The notes below the pieces were generated by a model. The model searched no databases. It was given only the letters and a program-made list of their open reading frames with translations, and had not been told where the DNA came from. Shown here one piece after another: positions 14,067-25,484 of a DNA stretch of 64,000 bases. How positions within the stretch are numbered: the first letter of the stretch is position 1; every line of letters starts with the position of its first letter. Origin of the DNA: Oculina patagonica (Eukaryota); assembly GCF_052425735.1 (NCBI RefSeq), contig NC_135762.1, positions 33,666,001 to 33,730,000 of the forward strand, read 5' to 3'. The position numbers and the translations under genes were made by a program.

Positions 14067-15132
14067 AAAGTTTTCGCTGTTTTTATTACTCTATACACGT
14101 ATGTACACAAGACATCATACCATCCGCGTTAAAATTAAGGAACTTTAAAGTGTTAAATCATAATGAGCTGACTGCCCTGACTTTTTAAAACGTTTTACAA
14201 GTTGACATTGATAAAGAAACGTCTAGAGTTGTAAACAATATGTGATGGGAGCATTTGTTAACGGAAATATTCTGTAACGCCCCTTCATTGATACTTTTCT
14301 GCTCATTGCTAAAAATAATAACACATGCAAACGGAATTTGTCTAGCTTGTACTCAACGTTTAGTATTATTTTGTCTTTGATATTGTATCAGAATCGTGTT
14401 ATTTATCTAAAACAAGTGATAAAGTTCAATACAAATATTTCACTTTGTAGTCAAGACGACGTTATGTATTTGTTACCCGCACAGCGCTAGCTTGGGCCAG
14501 ATGCAACAACTTTCAATTTGCCATATCTCCAGGTATAATTTCCTTGTAGATTATTGGATCAATTTCCTTCTAAGCTCTATGGCATGGAAAAAGCGAAGCT
14601 AGTGTGCGAAAAAATCGAGAGGCAAGCGGCGAAGTTGCGAGAATTGCTTTTATTTTACCGTTCATTTGTGCATTATTAAATTTCCGCTCGGAATTGGGAT
14701 TTGAGGAAAAGAAGGCGACTTCTTGCATTCTAGGAGTTTCTGAGCACTCGAAGGTCAATTTATCAAATAATTTTTATGAGCCGGAGAATGATAAAGACAA
14801 ACCAAATAAAAATTCCAGCTTTTCCGACCACTGTCAATGGCTTGGAGACCAAGTCCCCTCCCGTCTTCCCCTCCCCTTACTGATTGTCAGCCTTTTGTAT
14901 GTTTCCGTTTAGTCACTTCAGTAACATTTCGCCATTTTACCATTATATGTTTAAGTCGACTGGAATTCCTGCATAGCCTTTTGTCCCGCTTTTCCCGAAG
15001 TTGTCAGTAAAGATGCGGAGGTCAAGAGAGTCAAGAGACTGTGATTTTAAATAAAAATTTCAAATTATTTTGCAGCTTATGTTATCCATCCAAAGACCCT
15101 CCAAGAGCGCTCTGACAAAGAATTTTGTTGTT

Positions 15133-18100
15133 TTATAATTCTCCTTTCCTAAATCGCGGTGACTTGAGCAAAACAGCAAGCAGCGTAATGATGATAGTAA
15201 TGAGATAAATCCAAGCAAAGAGACGATTGATAATCATGGCGGCCATTCTCCATTCCTCCCTCATGGTGTCTGCTTCTTCCTTTTTGAAGATGTTGTCTGT
15301 CAGAATCGTCATGTTTGATTGTTCCCTGCCCCGGTTTTCACGCAATTTAACTGGAATGAAAACAAATAAGACCATAGCATATTACATTACTGCACTGACA
15401 AACGATGACCTATGAAAATGTTTGAAATATAGGATCCTTAAAAGACACAAGTGGCAAAGACAAAGAGCCTTCAAAGGGCTCACCACCTGTAGCTCCTTGT
15501 TTGTGGAGTTGGCATAAAATTATTTTTCACTGCCTAGATCCCTGACTGCAAACTGTTTTGCACCGCTGCGCTATATAAAACCGATAGAATTGAGACCATG
15601 TTTAGCTAATAGTTGACGGGAAAAAAGAGTTCTTCAGTTGTCGTAAAGACTCTGGCTACAAGAAAATTTGGATTGCCCTTCCTGCAAGTCTTCGTGAGGA
15701 AATTTGTCTAATCCGAGTATAGCTGCGTTTTCAGGTCGTGCTAATTTTAATATGGTTTATAAAAAGGTATATCAAGATGATATCCCTACTTAATGACCTT
15801 GATGATCTTACAGTTATTTTCCAATTTCAAAAAGAAAAGACACTTTGATCACTACTGGGAGCTACATAAGTACTAGGTGCCTAACCTTGGCGTCATTCTT
15901 GGACGATCTGTGCCTGACGAACTCGGCCAGCGGATGTGCTCAAACGCACCAGTCGTGCGCAGTAGTTAAGCACACAAACCTACCGTGGAGAAAACGTGAA
16001 GTCAATTTCAATTTCTTCTTATTAATTGCGATACTTCTCTTTTAATATTAGTCTGGAGAATTACGTAGTTCATCAAGACGATGTGATTCTCAGTTACGAT
16101 GATTTTCTTTATCTTCGGTAACCGTCAGTTTAACTAAATTTTCACTTGTCCTGATTTTTTTTTATAGTTTGACTTTTTTTCAGTTTGCTAAAACGTTTAG
16201 AAATTTATGTTCCTTCCTACGTTCGTCACTTCTTACTCCACCGATGTTGTATTTCACCTAGCCTGTGTGCAGCCACTATCATTGTGGCTATTAAGACGTC
16301 TCTAAAAACCCTAAATGTTATCCCAAACTGTTAACAATTGTTCTTGAGTTACCCTGATCCAGGCGGGGATTGGAGCCGAGGAATTGTCAGGATGGTAAAA
16401 ACGAAGCATCAGACAAGCCATGCCCATTGCCGCTGACACCTCAATGAAAGTGCAGGCGTAGTAGACGGCGATCAAAGGAATAACCTTAGAAGTGGCAGGT
16501 AACTTATCCTACAGAAGAAAAGAAGATGAATACAGTCATAGGCAAATTTATGGATACTAATATCATATCCTCGTGACAAGAAACAAAACTCGGGGGAAAA
16601 AGTCTAAGGAGGCAACATGTCCTTAAAAAGTTTATCAGTTTTCATCCTGTCAGGGTTTCATAACCTTTGCGGCACACGCCTATCCTAAATTGACAGGAGT
16701 GCCCCCTCCGGATGATATAGCAATCGGAGACGTTTTACATATAGCACTGACAACGACCAAATTTTAAACTTACCATTAACATTAACAGCAAAATGGTAAA
16801 CGACAGCAACACTGTTACTCCAAATGACATTCTCTCGCCAGACTCCGGCGGCAACAGAAAGACGAGCAGGGTTAGGACTGCAATCAACACGCATGGTAAA
16901 ATGAAGTTCATCATGTAAAACAGCGTGCGCCTGCGCAACTCCAGATGATACGTCACATCCGGGAACTCTCCTTCACAGCAGTCGTACGTTAGAAGTCTGC
17001 GTTCTGATTTGACGCCGAGCAGGATCCACTCACCATTCTCTACGTACCTGAATGTCAAAAAGAGTTCTTAGAGATCTTGGATGGTGCTCAAATTTCCCTT
17101 TCTTCGGTAACGATAATGATGATGATGATGATGATGATGAGACTACGACGACGATAATGATGATGATGAGGTGAGTAGTGATGATGGAGATAATGAGAAT
17201 AAATAATGCTGGTCACGAAACTTGTACATGTTATTGCGTTTTATTATCGTCAATTCTCTATCTTTTCGGCGCCTTCCGTCCGTAAAACCCTCTTCTAAAA
17301 AGTTGTCCATTGCAGGCATTTCCGTTTTACAACTATATTGTAGCCGTCAGGACAACACGGAAACAAAGCCAGAAAAGTACTGTTAAGGTATCATCCAGCA
17401 GTGTGGAGTGAAAAAGAAGAAAATGCCATACTTACGAGCTTAAATCTGCACTGTCTTTTCGCGGATGAACATCCAGGAATTTGCTACTGTAAGACCACGA
17501 GCCAAATTTGAGCTTACAAGTTTGATCATCCAATGGGAAGAAGGTGATGTCGATTTCACACGAGCTCGTGAATATCACTGGGTTCAACCAAGATACGTTC
17601 CCATCATGCTTTACAACCAGGCGCGCTGCGGTACTGCGTCCGTCTGTCATAGCTTCAGCACTGAAAACAGAATAAGATTTGATAAGATTAGGACAAAAGT
17701 TAGTATAATCCTGAGAGCCTCTTTCCTATTCGTGTTCTCAAGTCAAAATATAGCGTAAACACTCGGAAACACTCGGAAAGTAAAGAAGGTCCAATACTTT
17801 ATGATGGCTTGCAAAGAAGCTACTGGTAATTTCGAGCTTAGTCACGTTGGTGAAGGATTACAACCGAAAGTAGTGTCTAGCTTTGAGAGGCTAAGTCAGT
17901 TGGGACAAGAGCTTTAACGATAGTATTATATGCAAAAGAAAGAAAATTTCTGTTACTTTTAATAAGCAATGATAACAATGCAAGGCAAAGACTCACTCAC
18001 CTATTTAGCAAGACAACATCCGGTAACCAAGCTTTCTCTGGGTTGATGATGACCTGTGAGATTTCCTCATACTCTGTCTTGTTCCAAGAAAATCTGGGAT

Positions 18101-21100
18101 CATTCCAGTACTGAAAAAACGTAAGAAATTGAAAAGAAACAGTTGAGAGCCCACGTAGCAATTGTAGTCATCGTATGATAAAGTTGTAACCAGACTTGTG
18201 GTAACTCTTCTCCTCTATGGATAGCCGGTGCATAGCAAGTGTTCTCCCCATGCAGCATTTTGTAAAAATAGGCATTAGTTACATTCTAAATTGGAGAGGC
18301 ACTGTTAAAATTCGGTTCAACAATACAATACGTAAACAATAATTGCCTTTGCTCAAATTATAGATCACTAAATGCCAAGTCCGACCGGGTAAGGAGGGAG
18401 GCGATGATCGTTAGTGGAGGGATCGTTGAACAGAGGTTCTTTCGTGCGTTTGTTGTGATTCGTTCGACGAGCTCTCCCCCCCCCTCCCCCCCCCCGCATC
18501 TCTCTGTTTTCTTTCGTTGTTGGCACTCAGGTTTTCACCATGCTATGTCTATCTTTTTTATTTTTATAAAATTTTTTTTTTTGGGTTTTTTTTTTTTTTT
18601 TTTTTCACTCTTAGATTCTAATTGGATAATTAAAAAGAAACCTGGCCTTGTCCAGGCATGAGGAAAAAATGAATAAGGTATAGTTCTACTTGACCAACAG
18701 AGACGACAATGTTTTCCATCTTACCTGCCTCACCCAGACGTTTGTAGTAATGACTTCTTCTTTTTCATCCTTTGTAAAAGAAAAGAATGGCGTAAAACGT
18801 TTCTGTAAACACGGATTACCACCACAACCACCCCCCGATTATAATGCAAAACTTTAAGCCAGCAAAATGTTACGGCAAAAAGAGCAAGAGAAAACTGAAT
18901 AAAGTGGTGAAGAGTACACATGACCTCACTTGGTTTGACACAATACCTTCCAACAACAATTATTTTCCCGTTATATCCCATTTTCTCAGAACTTGGAAGT
19001 TAGGGCTGGCGGCTGTTAGAGCACATCTATTGGCGGTGAAGTATTTTCCTTATTAAAGCTCAAATATTTGTGTAACACAGAATGTTCGGATCAGTTCTTC
19101 TTTAAACTGCGTGTCAAACAGTTTATTTGCACACATCTTCATTGCTAACAAAATTTAATGAACGCTACGAACTTTGCACCTGAAGCCAGGTCGACGACAG
19201 GTTATGCCACATGTTTTCCCATCATTAAATGGGGCCGTTTAGTAGGAATCACGGAATGAAGTGTAACGCAGCACATTTCTTCTCAACTTGTTTTGTAATT
19301 GTACGTTGCTAGGCGTCAAAATTGCAGTCCGGCCGTTTTCCCTTCTCGCTTCTTACATTTCTCACTTGACGATCTTTATGGGGGAAAGAAAGGGCTACTT
19401 ATAGTCTTCATGCAACCTAGTTCACAGGCGTTCTCTCTTGTTTTGGTGACCGCGCAAAGTCTGGGGCAGGGGCAGGCGAGTGCTTTTCAATGACGTCACC
19501 CCTCACGATAGAGCTCAGACTCCATTGAGCCAAGAAACGCCCAGGAATTGGGCTGGTCTATATGGTCTATGCTGGCATTCAGTGGACCAGGTTTTTAAAT
19601 TAATGATCTGTGGAAGAGTCAGTGAAGGTTGGACAAACTACCGTAAAATTCCGGTTATAGCCCCCCCTTTTTTCCCCCCCCCGTTTTCCCCCCTCCCTTG
19701 TAAAAAANNNNNNNNNNNNNNNNNNNNNNNNNNNNNNNNNNNNNNNNNNNNNNNNNNNNNNNNNNNNNNNNNNNNNNNNNNNNNNNNNNNNNNNNNNNNN
19801 NNNNNNNNNNNNNNNNNNNNNNNNNNNNNNNNNNNNCCCCCCCTCCCCCCCCCTTTTCCCTACTATGCTCGTACACAAAGATGAAGTCAACAACAATAAC
19901 AACAATCATTTTATTTGCAAGCCTTGTGAGAATTTTTTTCACTTGCATCTCAGGCATCTCTCTTGCAATGGAAGAAATAAAATAACATAAATACAGTACC
20001 CTCCTCTCTGCCATTAGCTGGATTTGTGTTCGGTGGTGCCAAATTCATCTTCTATCACAATATTGACAGCTGTAAATAGGCAGCTGGTCAGCCTCCAGCC
20101 AGTTGGGATTTTTAACAAGTTTTTGTTCTGCTTTTCTATAACTTTCGTTCTATTTCCCCAAATTACACAGCAGTGCTAAATGCATCTTGTATTATTTAAC
20201 TCCATGTTCTAACTGCTGTCTCCTATATTTCTCAAAACAATTTAATATGTATATTCCACTGGCAGTTGTAACAATGAAGCCTGAAGACAAGATCGCTTTT
20301 CTGGCATGATACCAACTGGGTGCCACTTATCTTCCTGGACAGCATAAAACTCCACACTATCAAGTTAGTATTGTTCCCAGTTAGCATCTTCGCCTCCAAA
20401 CAGATAGACACAATTTCCAGCGCTGACAATACCACATGCAGGACGTGGGACAATGGGACTAGACACAAGGCTCCACTGATTCAAACTTTTGTCAAACATT
20501 TCACAACTTGTTTCAATATTCTTGAAATTCATGTCACAATAACCACAAACAACAATTATTTTTTCACCAGTGGTGGCTGCGGCAGCAAATCTTCTTGGAT
20601 TGTTCATATCTGGAATCTGACTCCACTTATCATTGGATGGGTCATAGCACTCTACAGTCTTACAACAGGCATTGCCATCATGACCTGCCATGACATAGAT
20701 GAACTCATCAAGAGCAACAACACAGTGGGCAGCCCGAGGAAATCTCATTGGTGACAGCTCCTTCCATTTATTAAGTTTGTAGTTATACTTTGTAACCTTG
20801 CGCCAATGACCTTCCTCACCACCAATCATGTAAAGCTCATCGTTGTGTGTAACCAAAGAACTGTGTGGACTGGCAGGCAAGCTCTCGTCACTAGCAAACC
20901 ACTTGTTTTGCCCAGGGTTGAAGTAATATAATGGGGCATCTGAGTTGCCTCCCATCACATACAGCTGACCAGCACAAACTGCAGCAGCATGTCGTGTGCG
21001 AGGGCATGGCATCACGGGTAGGTTAAACCACTTCTTAGTGGCAAGAACCAATCCAAGGGTATCAGCAATTGGGCTTGAAGACACTGTGTGACCGCCAGTG

Positions 21101-24100
21101 AGGATCACTACTGGCTCCTTGTGTTTGAGACACAAACGCGGCATTTTCATTAAAGCTTGAATGCCATCTGGAAACAGAAAGGCGTCCAGACCTTGGAGTA
21201 GGATGCTGGTACATACAGGACTATTCACCACTAACTCTTCTTTACCAAGAATCCTCCTCAAGGTGTACTTTGACATGAAAGAAGTCCTGACGCATTTTAG
21301 GAGCTCAGGGAAAAAACCTTCTCTTGCTGAAAGGTCGTGTTTCACCCACAGAATAACTGCTTCATAAACATCTTCCTCTTTGGACACAATTATGTCGTCT
21401 CGGGAAACCAGGGCCTTAACCTTCTCAAAGTCCAGAGACTTGAAATCATCCGAGTTCGTCACGGCGACGAAATTTCTCACTTTGTAGGTGACTGCAGCTT
21501 CCTTTAATGACTCGCAGTTAAACTGCGAAGCAAAACATTCCAGCGAAAGACAATTCGAAGAATTGATTGTTACTTCTAGGAATTCCAAAACTTTCGATCT
21601 TAAACTCGGCAAGATCAAATAGTCGGCCAACATAATCAAATCTTGAGCATTAGAAGAGTCAGCTCTTGCTTCTCCTGTGTACATAAATTGAAGAACTTCA
21701 CTCAGAGCAGCACATTTAACCTCTTTTAGTTCCACGAGATTGCTTTCGTTTTCTTTGAAGTCCGTGGTAAACAGAGCTCGGAAGTAAGGACTGGCGGCAG
21801 TTAAAACACATTTGTGAGCGGCGAAGTCTTTTCCTTCAGCTCGAAGAATTGTGTCGCACAGAATGCTCGACTTTCTTAACACGTTTAGGTTTCGGATCAA
21901 TTCTTCTGTAAACTCCTTGTCAAGTAGTTTCTTTGCGAACAACTCCATTGTTTTTTGCTTGCGTCGAGACGAACTTGGTCACGCCACGTGTTTTCCCATC
22001 ATGCAACGAGAACGCGCGCGCAGAAATCACGCTTAGAAAAGTAACGCAATTCATTTCGCGAGCCTTACCTTGAACTTCTTGAGGCGAAGATAAGGCTGTT
22101 TGTTTTCAAACTAAATTTTAGATTGAAAACTGAATGTCCATATCCTTAGAAGTGCAAACAAAGGTGACACTGATGATGGGTAATATCCGAAACGTCTGTG
22201 TTCAAGTAACATTTTTTGACACTTACTGAAATTGTTATACACAGGTATCAAGTGTCACGCATCGCTAGAGACATTTTCGTCCAAAGGTACAAGTAGTCCG
22301 GGAAGTCATTGTCATTTAATGCGCATTGGAACATTTTTTTTGTTAAAAAGCGCACTATAAATTAATAAATTATTATTATTATTATTAGTTATTGAACTGA
22401 GGATTTTAGTTGTCTCTTGGCTATTTTTCTCTTTCAGCTTCAAAGTGGCCGATGATTTCTTTTCTTATATTTGTTGGCTATGCAGTCAAGTTTCCAGAAC
22501 TAGTTTAAATTAAGTAAAAGCTAAGGGGATTAGTCTAAATTATAATTTATATGATAAAAACGTACCCGTAAAACTACGAACTACCGGCAATAAAAGATAA
22601 GTAAAGTCTTGGGCGCAACCATTAAAAACTTTGCTCACACACAAAATCGAGTTCAAGTAATAACAATACGCTTGTCATATCTTAGAAATAGTCATGAAAT
22701 GCATTGGCCATATCTTAGGTATATTCATGAAATGCACTGCATCGATTCATTCATATATCGATTTTTTTTCGCTGAGGGAAAGGGGGCGGCTGTGCACGGC
22801 TAAAGACAGCGGAGTATGGGAGTGAGCTTATACTTGATTAATAATTTTTTGAAAAAAAGAGAGAAACGATCCTTCTTTCGAGAGCTTTGTGGTGTGATGC
22901 GTTATGCAAACCATTTTCCACCTGAGACATCCGGTCGTTAACATTCTAATAAGAATACCTGGTATCCTAGAAATATCTCATTACTACTAATAGATGTGAG
23001 TGATGGCTCACGTTCGATAAATTCGACTGAAGACTAAAATAAGCTTGTGCTGCTTGTTTGAACAAATTAAAAGTTCCTGTTGGTACATTGATACCTTTAT
23101 TATTTATACAATTAATCCAGTTTGTTTTTCAATTTTATTTATTTGATCAATCAAAACGAAATATGAGTGGCGAGGAAGCCTAAAAATAAACCATAATGCT
23201 AATGATAACTACTTAGCGATTAACAACCTGTTAGGCTAACTGTTTTTGTTCAAATTGCAGTTATTTAGATATAATTTCATGAATATTTTATATAAACAAT
23301 AGACCGCATCAATGTTCTACCAGCAACTTCCCCTTTTTTCGTAAAACAATACCGTTTAAGAACCTAAACGCAGGCTAATTTATAACATGTTATTAGTTAT
23401 CACCAATTATACAGGAACCATTTTAGGCTAACCTGGAAAACTGCAGGTTCTCATATGTCAGACCTGCTTGTTACAGAACTACCACCAAAACAAAAGGCGC
23501 TATCAACTCGTCAATTCGTCAAGTAAGTCAAGCGAGGTAAGTTCTAATCGTTTGTAACTTATAAAGGCGCATAGAAAATTCATCGCCTCTTCCCGATAAA
23601 GGACTATAGTTACTTATAAAAATAGAGTGTGTCCCTGATTAGAACGCTTTTTCAAGCGAAAAGCGCAACATCGGCTGTTACTGACTTTCGCTCAGGTTTG
23701 TCAAAACGTGTTTCACCACCCGGACGACATACTAGAAGTACTATCTACCGGTACTTAAATACACATGCAGTATGTTCTAATGAGGGGAAAATACATAGTC
23801 AAACCAAATTGCTGCCATGATATACTTACAAATGCGAAAATGTTCAAAGAGGTTAAAGCAAAACTTTCTTTTTTCAACTCACCACTTTCATTAACTGTGG
23901 CAATGCAATGTCCATGACAATATGAACCACATCGGTTTCCCTCTGAACAGGACGAGCTTTCCTGTTGTAATCTTTTAGAATATTATTCAGTAGTTTCTCT
24001 TCTACAACACTGGCATGACACACTGCAAGACACGCAATAGTTTCAAGTTACCCGCTGATTACAACATAATACAATGCGACTGTACTACCAAGGACAAACA

Positions 24101-25484
24101 AATTGCGAGAGAATTTTATAAATGAATTTACATTTGAACTATTTGCAGAAAAATTTGTCATCACCCGATTAAAATCATCCAAAGTTCCTTCCATATTATA
24201 GAAGTGATATGGCTTAAATTTTATAGGTCGCATTAGGGATATATCGTAAAACAAAAATTTACGTTGGAGGTAGCATTTTGATATAAATATAAAACCCCGG
24301 CTATGCGGCCAAACATACTCGTCCAACATAATGTTGGACGAAAGTGCTTGGTCGTTTAGCCGGGGCTTAAATGTCAAGACTATTGCAAGTAAAAGAGTTG
24401 CAAAAAATGCCATTCTGAAAAAGGAAGTTTTTTACATGGCTTTATTATAGGGTAAATGCGATTACATTTGCATATGCAGAGAGAGCAGGATAGGCAATGG
24501 CTTTATTAGTTTGTACTGGCATGATAAGGAAAAGGGAAATTTGCACCGTTTCTTCAACAATAGTCTTTTAGAATTTATGATTCATTACGTCACAGAATTG
24601 AAAATCCATTTATCCTGAGGTATCTCAATAGTTATCAAATTTATATGACGTGTATAATAAAGGCATGCATGTTTCTGGTTGCCATCGCGTGTGAAATATG
24701 ACGTCACATCGCGCCAAAATGATATCATACATTATCAAAGTCCGCCATCTTGGATTTTTAAAAAATCCCCAAAAATTGATTTGTAAAATCTCTTATGCAA
24801 AAACTGTAAATATTTTGACGAGAAAACTGTCTCCCACTAAAATAGAACTGAATAGCAACAACATTTTGGTAAAATATAATTTAAAAATATGGTTGCCATG
24901 GAAACGTTACTACGATTCACACGCCAAAATATTCCTGATACATTTTAATAAGTTTAGCTATAATGCTTTAATGATTTTAAAATAAAGCTACGCCAACTAC
25001 CCAATTTTCCCAGGTTTCGGGGAAAGGGGTGGGGAACTCAGTTGCTCAATTTATATATCTAGCCTTCATTTAACTGACGGCATAGAATACCACAGAACCG
25101 CAACCTTAGATGCCAAACAAGTATTCAAGACAGAAGAATATGTTTTTACAATTTACCTGCTTGAATGTTTTATAAATACCATATTCATCTACTCTTTCCA
25201 AAATGGATACATTACAGGTGCTTTTCAAGCCTTATTTCAAATTTATGAAGTCTTTCTAGACCAAAGAAAACATTTTTCAAAGGAATTGATCGTGGGAGAG
25301 CGTATGTTATCATATGAACCCATCTTCAACTTTTATCAACCTGAATATCATTACAAAATTGGAACGAACTTGGAAATGTTGTTGACCTTTACTTTGTTTT
25401 CTTATGACGTTCAAATTTACAATTAAACACCTCCTTACCTGAGCTGTTTAAGGCAAAAACTAAGAAGAACATTAGCACCAGCAT
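15133..25484 (-). CDS. Nicotinic acetylcholine receptor alpha-type subunit (Cys-loop cation channel); exons 25439-25484, 23883-24022, 18725-18769, 18001-18110, 17436-17660, 16774-17047, 16353-16508, 15886-15979, 15484-15570 (less certain), 15133-15350
   Basis: Signal peptide [16 protein letters not shown]; DYNRKARPV; 45-nt [15 protein letters not shown] exon; [13 protein letters not shown]; Cys-loop [15 protein letters not shown]; GSWSY; vicinal YDCC; M1-M3 with LPPESGER; M4 [14 protein letters not shown]. All phases are consistent, but there are in-frame TGAs at 15893-15895 and 15527-15529. Confidence 0.88.
17113..17170. repeat. Imperfect (GAT)n/(GAC)n microsatellite in an nAChR intron
   Basis: Visible directly in the sequence. 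Confidence 0.85.
19708..19836. other. Assembly gap (N run) flanked by poly-C tracts
   Basis: N characters. Confidence 0.99.
20020..20125 (+). mobile_element. Degraded Nin-domain SINE fragment
   Basis: GTAAATAGGCAGCTGGTCAGCCTCCAGCCAGTTGGGATTTTTAAC resembles the Nin central domain (recognised from memory, not by search). Confidence 0.5.
20242..21948 (-). CDS. Kelch-like protein (BTB-BACK-Kelch), intronless CDS nested in nAChR intron 2; in-frame TAA at 20365-20367
   Basis: BTB (LCD..L...G..F.AHK.VL.AASPYF..LF), BACK ([12 protein letters not shown]) and GG...Y....W Kelch repeats; 40 more Kelch-like codons after the TAA (LDSVEFY...DKW...MPEKR) end at TAA 20242-20244. Confidence 0.9.
24292..24369. 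mobile_element. Small palindromic MITE remnant (~78 bp)
   Basis: CCCCGGCTA...CGTCCAACAT/ATGTTGGACG...TAGCCGGGG inverted symmetry. Confidence 0.6.

Noticed and set aside
15625-15740. Extra nAChR loop exon ([18 protein letters not shown]...)
   Set aside because: Weak acceptor; runs into a stop with no donor; not needed for phase consistency.
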